From NCBI RefSeq assembly GCF_001194135.2, contig NC_068982.1, forward strand, positions 92,372,530 through 92,436,529: DNA of 64,000 nt, read 5' to 3'. Each line of letters starts with the position of its first letter. Positions within the stretch are counted from its first letter, which is position 1. Below, piece after piece: positions 50,323 to 64,000 of this stretch. A program made the position numbers and the translations under genes. Below the pieces are notes generated by a model. That model saw only the letters and a list, made by a program, of their open reading frames with translations. It was not told where the DNA came from and ran no database searches. Source of the DNA: Octopus bimaculoides. Its lineage: Eukaryota.

Positions 50323-53300
50323 CCCATACATACACACACTCTCTCTTTCACTTACTAATATTACAACAATCTTCCTCAGTTTCCATCTACCAAATTTCAT
50401 TTACAATAAGTTGGTTAACCTGAGTGTACAGCAGAAAACACCTACCAAAGATGCTGCTCAAGGGAATTGAGCTTGGGGTTATATGGTTGCTAAAAATACT
50501 TTATCTTCACACAGCCATTCCTTATTTTTATCATTAATACTTGACAGTTAACACCAATTCATTTGGTGTCATTGTATTTTAACTTCAGCCATGAACTGCA
50601 TTCATGGATGCGTTCTTAGAATTTCTCTTTTATGATATTCAAGATTATTTTTTTCTTTTATGTAGAATGGTCATTAATAATGCAGTAATTGATAATTATT
50701 ACAGATAGGACATGATTAATAAAGTGTAGATACTATGGCTGTTCATAGTTTTATATTTTCATTTCTTGAAACCCAGGCTGCCAAACTAGGAGATAAATTG
50801 AATTCTTATTGTTAGATCTTATTCAGCAGATTAATGTTTAAAGGGGTTCTAGCGATGACCATCTCTTATTTCTTCAGGTGTTAAACTTCCAACATTACAT
50901 TGTTCAATGTGTTTTTCCTTTTTAAAAGTAGTGTGTGATTTGAGGGAGTTTTGATTGATAATTTTAGCAGGTTGAGAGACAATATAGAGGCTCCTTCATT
51001 AACATGTAATAAGTTTTGCTTCTGAATGTTTTTAAACTTTGTAGTTTTCCTGAGACTGGTAGTGTGCAGTCTCATAAGACATAGAATACAATTTAAATTG
51101 AAAGGATATAATTTTTAGTTGCTGTTTACGCTGAAGTGTGTAAGTAACATGTTATAACATTCTTGTGAGGTGTAGGATGTGGGGACTGAACATTTGCAGG
51201 TGCTGAAGTGGATGAGTTTTAATATGTCTGTTAAGTATACAGTGTTAATTTGAATGAACAAGTGATTTGAGGAAGTATTTGGCCATCAAAGGCTGAGTGC
51301 TGTGTTCAAAGTTCATGAGAAGCAGTTGCAGTATATGACATGTAATGAGAATGGAAGATACATAATGGATTAAAAAAGTAAGGCAATGGCAGGCTAAGGA
51401 AGGTGCAATAAAAAGTTATTAATGTTAATTACTTTCATATGTTTGAAAATTATATAAAAGATGCATGTTTTATTGTAACTCATTCAGAAAACAATTTTAG
51501 TAACTAGTGCTACCTAGTAAATTGTTTGATGCATTATTTATTCAGTGTTTTTCTATTTATCTTTTATAACTTAGCTAGAGAAGCAAGGACCCTTATTTTT
51601 TTCTCAAGGCTTCTGAGACTAGTGTGATGAAGGAAGTTTCTCAACTCAAATACTAGTCCAAATACTCATAAGTAGCTCTACTAGCAATAGCTATGGGCTA
51701 GGTGGTAGTGTAAACATGAGTGACAGTCTACAATCCCCACATAAAAGCTGTCTCTTCAGTAGGCTCCCACACAGTTTCTGTCTATCAAATTTCACTCATA
51801 GGGCTTTGTTCAACATGATTCCATGATAGAAGATACTTGGCAAATGTGTTAGAAAATGATATCAAACAAGAAATTATAGTTGTGAAGCAATTGTTCTAAA
51901 ATTCATGCCTGTTTATAACAATTGGATCTTTTACTAAAATGCTGTTCTAGCTTAATGATCTTCATTCTCGAGAATTTTGTCTACAAAATGCAGTATCATA
52001 AACTATTACCAAAATTGAGCTCCGGAAAAATATTCTGTAGAGCTGGGGGAAGATTATTAATGTCATATAGTAATGGGTTAAATGCTTAAAATTATTTTGT
52101 TCCTCTGTTTCTGAGTTCAAATGTTGATTTTGCACTTTATTTCTGAGATTGATTCATTTGCCTACACTTTCTGCTTCTAAATATGTGATCTGATACTAAT
52201 TATGTATGAGATTGTCTTGCATATATATTTTCCCTTTTTTAATCCATGGAAAATTTTTAGAGCATTTTTCTTTTTTTTTTCCTGTTTTTATACATACATG
52301 TACATATGCATGCATCCATTCACATACACACATACAAATATAAAACACATTTTCAATTTTTATTCATATATTCATGCACACACATCTGTTAGCAAATGGA
52401 AAGAATCTGTCACAAGGTATGTACACTCCCAGCAGCTGAATTTTATGTAGTGGTAAGCATTTTAAAGAGCAAACTGAGATTGTAAAACAGTTTACACTCA
52501 TGATTGAAGCAATTTCACTTATTTACTGCTTATTACCTTTCAAAAAAGGCATGAACACCACTAAATCTCCCTTATAAATGATTGTTAAAGACTGTCTTTG
52601 CTGCATTTGTGCTACATTCCTAATAGTGACACCTATTCTCTTGACTCTAACTGCAGCTAGTTTCTATACAGTAAAATTTGATAATTTTTTCTGACTGAAT
52701 ATTAAGAAATTACTAGTGGTTTCTATTAGCTCAGAGACAGCTAAGTGGGCTACTGATATTCTTCTTCTATGTATGTCTCTCTACATCCCTAACAAGAAAA
52801 CACAATCCTTTCAATGGTTCAGTCATAGCTGCAATGAAGTTGAAGGGGTAAAGCCCATTTTATTAACTCTTGTGTCCTTTTATTTTGGTTTTTGCTTTCC
52901 TTGCTCTTTCTTTTATGTCTAAATGACCTCCTCCAGTTGCTTCTAATGGCACAATCCTATGTGAATGATGATACCCTTAACCTCCTATATACATAGAAAT
53001 CTTACTTAAGATATGAACTGTTTTCATGATTAAAGTTTTTAAAAATATTCCTTAATAAGGACATGACAACGTAATCTCCTTTAACAGTACAAAGCACAAT
53101 CACTCTACATATCTATATCTTCTCTATGCTGAACAAAAACTAAAATCCTAAAGATCCTAGTATCATGATGGCAACCTCAAAATACAATATTACTAAAACT
53201 ACATCCTAAAGATAAGGTTTCCTTTTCAGTCCTGATCAGTTGGTGACCCTCTATAAACTTTAGTGCACCTTACACAGGAGTACTGCTCACACACATTTAA

Positions 53301-56300
53301 AATAGTTTTGCTGATATGCATTTCTTCAACAATATTAAAAAAGCTTGCTTTCATCATTCTAGGTTCTGTTAAGTACCAGTAGAGTCTTAGAGTTAATTTA
53401 ATTGACTAAAGCCTAATTCTACAATTTTATCAGCTTTTGTCAATGTAAGAAATACTATTGTTGTATGAAATTAGAATATCAGACCAGATGCTACTTTAGA
53501 GTTCAGAGTTCAATTTTTTGAATTGATAAAATAAATTCTAACTTTGATTCAATTATTTGTACATCCATCCTTTCAAAAATTGACCGTGTGCTTAGTCAAA
53601 TGAAATATTTATTTATATACATATATTTTTAGCACTTGTTATTTATGATTATATCCTTTTCTCTAATTCTACTCTGCTTTTTTTCTAAACAAAACAAATT
53701 TTTTTTATAACTGAACTCAGTGTTTATACTGAGTTTCTTGTAATTTTATACAACCTCAGTTTAGTTTATTTTAGTATTTTAAAAGCCAGTTTTCAAATAT
53801 AATTATTTCTTAGTATAAATAACTGAATCAAAGAAGCTAATTAAACTGAACATTTTAAATAATAGTACAAATTTGGTTGTTGGCAGAATATATTTTGATA
53901 CTAGTTTCATTTCAGTGGTTTGTATCCTAGCAGAATACAATAATTCTAACAGAAATATCTCCTCAGTGGCTCAATCCACCTAGTTGTAAATAGGTTCTAC
54001 AAAGTACTGTCTGTTATAGTTAGGTGTATTGGGCCATTGAGAAATAACTTAATTTTTAATTAGATACTTATAGGAGCATTGTATAATTTGACAAATGTTT
54101 TGTTGGAACTTGAAGTACCAATTATAATTTCTATGCATATAGCTTGATGAGGGATATATTCTATCGAGCTTAACTTGTGCTGGATAGACTACATGCCAAT
54201 GAAGTCTTCAGTGAACAGTTTTGTGGTTTTAATGGGGTTGCCATAGTCGCTACCACTATTACCACCACCTTATTTAACTACTCATTTATATATCTTGCTC
54301 AGCTATAGTGTGGATAAATTGACTCCTTGTTTCTGAATGACAGCTCAACCTGTCAATATTTCTCTTGATTTTTAAGATGATTGTTTTATTTTAATTTTCA
54401 TCATTTATGGTATAATAATGGTATATTTTTTCAAAGCTCTTATTCACCTAAACAATATGTCTATGAAGAGGCAGACTTATAAACTTTAAAAATTTTCAAT
54501 TCATGAAAATATTGGTTATATTTCATTTATTTATTTTCTAATTTTAATCACCTGAATTGAAAAATAACGCTTTTCCAAACTTCAGTTTTTTCTGTTTTCC
54601 TTATAGAATGAGCAGAGATACAATGACAGAAAAATTTGGGGAGTATCTTTGACGTCATTGCAGCAACATGAAGGGTATAAAGTAAGGCCCTTTTCCTCCT
54701 GACCTCATCGTCTGTGATTTGCACTTCATTATCACAACCTATAATAAATAATTTCCTCTTCTTAGCCCTTATCCTGGAAACTATACTAGGATATATTTGC
54801 TTTTTAACAGATAAAATTCTTCTCTTCAATTAATTCTTTCAAACTGAGCTGCAACTTCTCTCTTTAACTTCTTCCTAGATTTCTAAATCATCTCAGTTAT
54901 TAATTAATTCATGAATTGGTCATGATCAAGTGAATATCTTTGATTTAGTTATATATACATGCATGTGAAATTTTCTTTTAAAGATTTAGTCTACTTTAGA
55001 AGGAAGATACATTTTCATTGTCATCGTTTCATGTCCAAATGAAATTTACTTAAATTCTTAAATTCTGCAAAAAAGAAGAAAAAAGAAAGAAAAAATGGGA
55101 AAAAAAAAAATGCAATTATGCACAATTTTAATTAAGTGTATTGTAAGTAATAATATTGAGGATGGTAATGGAAATGTAATTTTTTAAAATAATAATTTTG
55201 AATGTAAAAACAAAAAGTAAATATTGACTAAGATTGAAATCATTTGATGGATATTGATAAAAGTATTGTTTAGCTAAAAAGATAGAGGAGTGCAGCTTCA
55301 GTTTCAATATAGAAATAGTCTTGAGATGTTCCACTACATGTGGCAAGGGAGATTAAATGATTACTTCTGTAAATGAGGATAATCAAAGTTACTGCCATTC
55401 TCCTAATCTCATAGACCTTAAATCATCTAACTAATATGCTTAACTATCCTTATTGTTCTTAAATACTTATTTCAATCTGGTTTTCTAATATCTTCTGAGA
55501 AAGGCTATTCTCTTAGTTTCTCTAATCAAAAGCTTTATAGACATTTCTTTTGATGGATTCTCCTCATTCAAGATGTTTTAATCTTTTTCGCCCTTAATTT
55601 TAAAGGCTTCTAAAATGTTTTGCTTTTTAAAAATCTTTTTATTAAATCTTTTTTAATAATCCATAGATGTGTAGTTGTTGTTGTTTTTCTTCAGCCTGCT
55701 GCTAATTATGGCTTGGGCTTTATTTTATTTTAATTATAGAGAATTGTTTGTTTTATTTTATTGGATTTTTTTCCTCTGCATCTAATAAATATTTTTACTC
55801 ACTGTAGATTTAGCTTGGAAATTTATTACTGTTGTGAGCTTACAGTAATGTATTATTGTTTTAAAGTTTTAGTGATTTGATTTTTGTAAATTTACTAAAG
55901 ATTCTTTCAAAATATCACTTTAGACACATTAGGACAACTTCTACTTTTGATGAGGATGAAATTTGCTTTAAGAGTTATTAATGATTTTGTTTCGAAATAG
56001 ATTTGATTCCAGAACTATTGACATCTATTCAATTAGATACTTAATTATACACATGTATTAAATGGTACACTGATCAAATGTTAAACATCTAATCAGTGTT
56101 TGATTAAAAATCCACATCAATAATTCAAACACTGTTATATTTCCTCAGTCTCTATCTGACTGACAACTAGCTGTAAAATCTGCTGCAGCAATTTATGCAG
56201 GCATTGAAAAATGAATGAAAAAGATAGGAAGAAAACATATCTTGTCAGGCTCTGTTGATGCCGAAAACATCAGTTTGTCCAATGTTCATTCAAAATAAAT

Positions 56301-56977
56301 TAAGGTAATATTGTGTTAAACTTTGTTCAGGTGTGATTTGCAAACGCATAACTGAATAGCCTTAACTGCTTTCAGTAAAATATCAAAGCAGCAAATAATG
56401 TCTGGCATTAAAGTTGTTTGAAGTAAAAAAGAATTCATACAGAAAATTAAACAAAAGCAACCTTAAACAATATGGTATCTCATTTCATTGTAGCATTAGT
56501 CTTGAGGTCAACAATTCATGTCCCACAAGCAGTGCTGTATTGTCAGTGTCTGATTCTCGAAACTCTTTCTAGGCGTATTCCACCTAGTTGCAAATAGATG
56601 CCATGATTTGGTACAAGTTAAGCTGTTAACAGCATGTTTTTTTTTGTGTTAGCTTACAAAAATGAAGATATGTCCATTCATAAAGTATAGCTTGAAGTGG
56701 AATGGGTTCACGAGATAGCTTACTATAGCAATATAAATATACCTTATGAAGATAGTTCTGCAAAAATTAATCATATGACTTGATGCATTATGGAACTCAC
56801 AAAACATTTATTGTAAGCTGCATACAATCCAGCTTTTTATTATTATCTTTTAAATTTCATTTCTTTTTTCTGCTCATGCTATTTAAGTAGACTTTTAGTT
56901 TATGCTTTTTCATTGAATTCTGAAATGTATGAAAACTGTATTTATTTTGGGATGTTTGAAACTTAGATATTTGTCAA

Positions 56978-56978
<1 letters not shown>

Positions 56979-57011
<33 letters not shown>
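56979..57011 (+). repeat. poly(A) run (33 nt)
   Basis: Direct count. Confidence 0.9.
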
Positions 57012-57013
<2 letters not shown>

Positions 57014-57681
57014 ATAAAGAAAAAAGCCATTAGTTTTACAGAAACATAAACTTTAATCTTAATTCAACAAAGCCCATGATAATTCTCAGTAATGTATTTT
57101 AAAGCTATTTCATTCAATTGTTTCTTGTCATAGATTTCTGCTACAGTCAATGTTAAACTCTATAATGTTTAAGAATTGGAAAAATCTTAATGTTATCACT
57201 ATCATTTCTTTAAACCTTTTTTTTTATTTATCTATTTGCATGTTTGCTACCCTATAATAATAATAATAATTGTTTGAGTAGTCATAACAACTCTAACTTC
57301 TTGCTAGATGTCCTACATTATAACCATCACTTTTATTATTAAATGCCAATTGCCAACATTTTCAAATATTTGCATGTTGATAATTTTTTTATGTATAACT
57401 TGTATAATTCATAGGTTTTCATTTTCTTTATAGAAAGTTTTTTTTCGTATATTAACTTGATCTTTCCAATTAGTATTATATGTACCTTAAATGCAAGCAT
57501 GCGCATACACATATACACGTGCACACACACACACACACAGGTGTATACAGACATAGCTGTTCTTAAGGAGTTTGCTTACCAAATACTATGTTTGACATTC
57601 AAACCTATAGCACAGCATCTTGGGCATGTATCTTTTACTATCCTTTGAGAGTGAATGTAGTAAACAGAAACTGAAAGAATC

Positions 57682-57718
<37 letters not shown>

Positions 57719-58260
57719 CTATTTGCATGTCTCTGAATATCACAAGCTACAAGTGGTGATCATATAATTTCTCTTCTCAAAAAGTTATCTGCTAGCTTTG
57801 TCCCTCCAAAGACATGTAAGGTAAAACATCGCTTACTTGGAAAACAACGATGGGTTAGTGACAGGAAGGGTATCTAGTTGTAAAACAATGCCTCTGCAGA
57901 ATGTTCATCTAACTCTTGCTTGCATGGAAAAACAGGCATAAAACAAGAGCGAATACACACATGCACAAACACACACCATTTTTAAAACAATTGAGCAGAT
58001 TTATTTTTTACCTTACTGTTTCTGTTGACAGTTTCTTAAAATATCAATGCCTAGTTGTTGATGGTATATATATGTCAGTGAACAGGTTGCGGTCTCAAAG
58101 CAATGAAAATATTTTGACAAATTAAATTTAAATGTTGAAGTGAATCTAACGGTCTTTGTGTGTTATTTTAAATGGCTTATAAACACCTTCCACGCTGCAA
58201 TTGTTTTCGTTCCAGCACACGATCTCAAATCAGGTCACTTGCTATGCAAGTACATCTCCG

Positions 58261-58265
<5 letters not shown>

Positions 58266-58330
<65 letters not shown>
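58266..58330. repeat. (AT)n microsatellite
   Basis: Perfect run; one of many in the window. Confidence 0.95.
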
Positions 58331-58333
<3 letters not shown>

Positions 58334-58624
58334 TGTTAACTTTTACAGGTATATATATTTCGTATTTTATAAAACTATAAATATAGTCAATACATTCTAG
58401 AATGAGTTATATTCTTTCTAATTTTCGAAGTTCAACTGATTTAATCATCTCTTGATAAAAATTTAAGCAACTAAGTTAAACTGAATTTAGCTATTTGAAA
58501 CTGGCAGTTTGCTGTGCTTGGAAAGATACATCATGCTAAGTAAAAGTGTGGTTGTTCTTGCATACAGGCTCACCCCCACTGCAACCCTCTATAGCTCAGC
58601 ATCCCTAATCTTGCAGATTTGTAG

Positions 58625-58785
58625 GTGCTGGTGCCACATAAAAAGCACCTGTACTGGTGCTGTACACTCTCTAAAATGGTTGGCATAAGGAAGGGAATCC
58701 AGCCATAGAAACCATGCCAAAACAGGAGTCCAAACAGCCCTGTCAAACTGTCCAACCCATGAAAAACAGATGTTAAATGATGATG
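58625..58785 (+). mobile_element. decayed RTE tail
   Basis: ggaagggaatccagccatagaaac...tccaacccatg...tgatgatg. Confidence 0.6.
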
Positions 58786-61199
58786 TATAGTGCAGAAATA
58801 AGGTATTTTCTAGATTAGTATCTTAATTGTTTTATTTTGCCCTGATTTGTTGCAGAAAATTTTATCTTTTATGATGACTGCTTAATAGGGAAGGCATCAG
58901 TTTTCAGGATTTAAAATTGGAATAGTTTTGCAATTAAGTGTCTGAAATACTGACATTTGAACTTTTATAATGAATAAAATGAGCATTGTCTTGTAGACAA
59001 CCTAGAGTGAAGATCAGTGGAGAAAATTCATCAATAGCCTATGCTCCATTGGAAGCAAAGGGCTTAAGTAAGTAGATAAGAATTTGGGAGCATGTAGTAA
59101 AACAGCTCTTTCATTAAGAAGCTGATGTTTGGAATATATGTTTTCTTGCGTAAAATTATGATGGACTGTTTTAATTTAAATAGGAACACTTTAAAATGGA
59201 ATGTTACATGTTATGTAACCAGAGGCACTCAGGTGGGTCGGTATTGAAACAGTTAAATGTCCTCTTATATTTGTATGGCTTAATAAACTCCACTTTATGC
59301 CATTTCATCAGTACATCTTTGGTTTTATGCTTATTCTTGATTTTAAAATTTAATTATGCTTTAAATATGTTTGAACTTATTCCCTTCATATTAACTATGC
59401 ATTTCCTATTATCTCTGTATTCTCTTTTACAAATTTACTCTAACTCAATTTGCTTTCATTTAATATTTTTGTTGCTCAGTTTTGCTGCAACTAAATACAA
59501 AATTGTTTTAAAGCTGTTTAACTATGGAGATATAAAAAAAGTAAAACATGTCTGTGAGATTGAATCGAAAAAGTCATAACTTAGAGCAGATGGTTCCTTA
59601 TGGTTTTCCCTGTAGCTTAAAAATGAACCAGCCCCAAAATATTTGGATTTTAAGCAAGTCACTCTAGCGATGGTTAATGTCAAGCATGTTGTATGACAGA
59701 CAATATGACAAATAGAAGGCTATATCATTTTCTCATATAATTAAAAAATGAGAGAAAGACAGGTTATGTACACATCCTTTGTAAGTCTTCTAAGGCTGTT
59801 CAGATTAATGCAAATGATCAATTTGAGATGTTGCAAGTTGATGTCTGCAGGAAAAATGTGGATAGGAAAGGAATTCTAGAGGATTGATGTTTTGATAAGA
59901 AAGGATTGGCAATAGGGGTTAGTGTGGGGCTTGAATAGTAAACCACAAAACAAGTGATGCACAGTAGACAGATGGGTGGGCTTATGTGGAGGCAGTTTAC
60001 AGTGAGCTTCCTCTGAAGAGCAGAGATTATTAAAGTTGTTACAAATAGTGGGAAGATATCTGTGGGCTCTGGATGTTAAAATGTGTTGGTGAATAAGTCT
60101 TTGTCATTAAGCTAAATGGCTTTCCATTGAATGCAGTTGAAGGTGTGTGTGTGTGTGTGTGTAGAAATAGAGGTTGGGAACAACATTCCATTGTAGATTT
60201 CATTTGAATTTTAAGAGTCACCAGCTGTTTTGGGATTGAAATATTTTCTGACTCTGGAGAGGAAGTCTAGTATTTAGAACATAATTTTTGCTATGTTATG
60301 GATGTAAAACCATCAGTTTTTGTGATGCTAAGCAATCTGTAGCAGTTTTGAGGGCCTGCACAAAACTGTCACAAGGGAGGACATTTAGGAGGGTACAATG
60401 GATTGTAGTTTGCTGGTCTGAAGTGAATACTAAAATTGTTTTGTGATGCATGAGAGGAATATGGTGTAGCATGCTGTAATGTCTGCAGTGTTAGGAAAGT
60501 TTTTAGCTTCAAAATTATTTTTATGCCCACATTTCTATGTTATGCTTGGATGGAATAGGTTTTATAAAGCAAATTCTCTTAGATGTCGTTCTTGTTAACT
60601 TACATTTGTAATTGGCTCAAGTGTTTTACCTAGAACATGGATGTAATTAAATCATTTCAAATAATTCTTTACTATCATAAATTAAGATAGTTTTGCAAAA
60701 ATTTCGATTAGCTTTTGTAAGCCCAGTCTTACATGTTAGCTTTCATATTATGATTAATTTCTCTCATCAGCTATAAATCGACATTGTAAAAATAATGCAA
60801 TGTTCCATTTTATTGGACTGTTTTACTTTCCTTTAAGGTGTCATACTAAAGATTAAAAGAGTGATCTTCTATTGGATTTTCATGCTATAGTTGGTGGGTT
60901 TCTATTGTTTTGTTTTTATTAACCATTGTTAGGCTGTTATTTATGTCATCACCTATATTTTTCTTCCACATAAATTGATTTATCAATGTCGCTCAATCAA
61001 GCTATTGGAAAAAATAATATGCATGTATATATGTGTGCATATAATATATATATATAAATAGATATGTATATTTGTGTATAAGAATGTATAAATATTTATA
61101 TGTATATACATAATATATGTGTGTGTATACGTACATAGATATGTGTGTCTATATATATAAAACAAAGATATTTTATTCCACATGGGTAGAAATATAGGA

Positions 61200-61830
61200 A
61201 AAATAGAAGTTGAAAATGCACTGAGAATAGTTAAAATATTTGAAGCTTTAACTGGTTTCACAGTTTACACTGATTTTTAAAAAGTTCAAATAGAAAGACA
61301 TGGTTTATGTCGCAGCTGTCTTGCTTCTCGCTAGTGTTTGAAGTTTTTCCTGTTTCTATAGGGAGTTCATGGCTCAAATTAGTATATGTTTTGAATAGGA
61401 TTTGATTGGTAAAGGATAGTCACATGATTGTTCTTAGAAACTTTTGTAGGTTCCCTGCTGAAACACTTGACAGAAAACATTCAGAGCATTGATTGTTTAG
61501 ACTTGTACAGTCAACCATGTCAGCCTTAACATTCCACGCCAAATATCATTTGATACTAATACATGGCCATAGCGGGGAAAACACACAAAAATTTCTAAGA
61601 CCAGTCATGTGACAATCTTCTACCAATCAAATCCTATTCAAAACGTATACTAATTTGAGCTATGAACTCCCTATAAAAACGGCAAACTTCAAACACGAGT
61701 CAGAAGCAAGACAGTTCCGACATAAGCCACATCTTTCTATTTGAACTTTTTGAAAATAAGTGTATACTGTGAAACCGGTTAAAGCTTCAAATACTTTAAC
61801 TATTCTCAGTGCATTTTCAACTTCTATTTT
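61200..61830. mobile_element. foldback/MITE with 260-bp inverted arms
   Basis: Arms 61200-61459 and 61571-61830 are reverse complements (roughly 85-90% by eye); 111-bp spacer. Confidence 0.9.
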
Positions 61831-61857
61831 ACCTCCCTCCCTCCCCCCTCTCTCTCT

Positions 61858-62185
61858 CATCACCATTTGATGTCCGTGTTCCATGCTAGCATGGATGGGA
61901 CGCTACCACAAAAGCTGGCCGGGCCGAAGCCTGCACCAGACTTCTGTGACTGTTTTAACAGGATTTTTACAGTTGGATGCCCTTCCTAATACCAATCACT
62001 CAGCAGAGTGGACTTAGTGCTTTTTATGACACAAGCGCAGGTGAGGTGCGTAGTGCTTTTTACATGGCACAAGCACAGGCGAGGTCAATTTTGGCAATGG
62101 ATGTCCTTCTAAAACCAACTACTTTTACAGTGTGGATTAGGTGCTTTTAAGTGGCACCTGTACTGACAGGGTCACCAAGTACTTG
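61858..62185 (-). mobile_element. RTE tail fragment
   Basis: catcaccatttgatgtccgtgttccatgctagcatgg...ggatgcccttcctaa, as at 4391-4540. Confidence 0.7.
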
Positions 62186-62439
62186 CAAGAAAAAAACTTT
62201 TAAGAGGGGAGGAGGCAAATATATATGTATATGTGTGTATATATGTACGTATATATGTATATGTGTTGATATATATGTATAAAAAAATATATACACACAC
62301 ACACACACACACACAAGCATAAATATGTGTGTACGGATTGTGAATGGTGTGTGCACAGAACTGCATTCATTTTTCAGATAGAATAACTTTCCTCCTTCTG
62401 GCCATATATTGATTGACTGTTTACCTGCACCTTGTGATG

Positions 62440-62830
62440 CGTTTGGCTTAACAGTTAATAGTAGAAAGACTTGTAATTATCAACCTGTCTCTAGGAAACA
62501 ATATCTACCTACATCAAGGGTGTGCAGTTAAAGGTTATGGATAAGTTTGTATACTTTGGTAGGGTGTTCTCTCAGCTCAGTACCCTGGATGAAGAAATCA
62601 ACCACTGAATTTCAGAAGCTGCTGCTGCTTATAGAAAAGAGACTCTGGTTTGATTTGGATATTGAAATCTGCACAAAATTTGAAGTGTATGTGCTGTGCA
62701 TGCATGCTTACAATATTGACATATGGATGTGAGATGTGGACAACATATAGGAGATGCCTTCAGTGTCTATAACATTTTCACCAGTTGTACTGTGCTACAT
62801 AATGAAAATCACTTGGAAATCATTTGTACC
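62440..62830 (+). mobile_element. RTE-BovB-type RT relic
   Basis: Broken frames KVMDKFVYFG..FSQ..TLDEEI..ISEAAAAY, TKFEVY, LTYGCEMWTTYRR. Confidence 0.7.
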
Positions 62831-63718
62831 AGGTACAAGAATAATACAGCAATCTCATTTGTCAAGTTTGTGTGTGTGGAGTTGGGGTGGGTGTCTATGA
62901 TATTGAATCAATGATTTAGAAAGTTTGGTCACATAGTATGCTTGGAGAATAGTTAATTCCTAAACCAGGTTCTGAATGGTGAGTTCAATTGGCAAAAGCA
63001 CCTACAATGCAGGTCAAGTAAGAGATATAAAAGATTGTTTGAAAAATGCACTAAATATGGTGGTGCTCAAGTGCAACTGCAACCACATGGCTTAAAAATT
63101 ACTAAAGAATAACAAACTAAGCATTGACATCAACACTTGGTAAGGTCATGAACCAAACAGACATTTTTATTGGAGATGCCTGATTGTTGATGGTGTTGCA
63201 GAGTTTGAGATCAAGCTCATAGCTGATGCTCAATTGAAATGTGCTGCAAAACATGGAAGCTGTTGTGCCACTCACAGAATGGGGCTCTAGACAGTACTTA
63301 CAGTGCAAAATTTGTTTGTGATCAAGACTTTTCAAAAGCAAGACTGCTTAAGCATGGCTGGAGTCCTGTTGCTCTTGATGCTAAAAAGCAATATTATACT
63401 CTAGCTGAGTTTCCGTGTGGCCTGTGTAGCAAAGTTGTTGATTTGAGGGTGGTTGAAAATGATCATCATTGTTTTAATGTACACTTTTTCACGTTTGCTT
63501 GGGTTGGGCATAGTTTGTTGAGGTAGGTTTTCTACATCCAGTTGTCTTCTTACTGTCAACACATGCACGTGTATGTGTGTGTATGTATGTATGTATATTC
63601 ATATATTATACATACACACATATATAGGCATCTACACAATGTCTGTTAATGAAATTCACTCACAATTCATTGGTCAGCGCATACATAACAGTAGCAGTCA
63701 TATATTTATTTGTATTAC

Positions 63719-63757
<39 letters not shown>

Positions 63758-64000
63758 TGAAAAGGGTGGATGTTGTCTCACAAGCAGTTGTGCAGGCAAA
63801 AGTGTTAGCAAATGTGGTCGGATTGACCTGAAAATTTGCACACCTATGTTAAAAGTGCTAGAGAGTTTGCATAGCAACTTTGAGTTTGCTCAATTGAAAG
63901 GAGTGGCATCTAGGGCAAAATTCCTCATCTTTAAAATGTGGCCCGAGTACATCTGAATGAAATCAGGTTATGATACTAGTATATATATATATATATATAT

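Noticed and set aside
56979-57011. Processed pseudogene tail
   Set aside because: No upstream AATAAA, ORF or TSD recognised.
777-63956. ORFs rich in YIYI, HTHT, CVCV or SLSL
   Set aside because: Translations of (AT)n, (CA)n and (GA)n microsatellites.
1-64000. CRISPR array or prokaryotic defence/operon system
   Set aside because: No regularly spaced repeat-spacer array and no intact long ORFs; the DNA is eukaryotic and repeat-rich.

Overview
AT-rich, microsatellite- and transposon-dense eukaryotic genomic DNA with several N gaps. The SINE, RTE and Penelope repeat families look like those of octopus/coleoid cephalopod genomes (inference, not checked by search). The only host-gene signal I can support is the first coding exon of a CLEC16A/ema-like gene on + (23472-23548, MLRRSKNWLPGALWKPKNPHSLEHLK, phase-2 GTAAGT donor). 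I did not recognise exon 2, so the rest of the window (>40 kb) is probably intron 1. Everything else is mobile DNA: a decayed full-length Gypsy provirus (28432-34128), an internally deleted young LTR element, a solo LTR, maT (DD37D-like) and DD41D-like mariner relics, hAT/piggyBac/Harbinger-like MITEs, Helitron and Helentron-like elements, RTE/CR1 relics, tRNA-derived SINEs and Penelope-like elements (PLEs). The most interesting observations are: hammerhead ribozyme motifs in PLE terminal repeats, one with an intact core and a long loop 2 (3418-3529, minus); a 260-bp-arm foldback in the presumed intron; uORFs and an in-frame N-terminal extension at the CLEC16A start; and a 101-bp locally duplicated integrase patch. 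No prokaryotic-type system, CRISPR array, rRNA or true tRNA gene was seen. Identities are estimated by eye, and boundaries of decayed relics are approximate.
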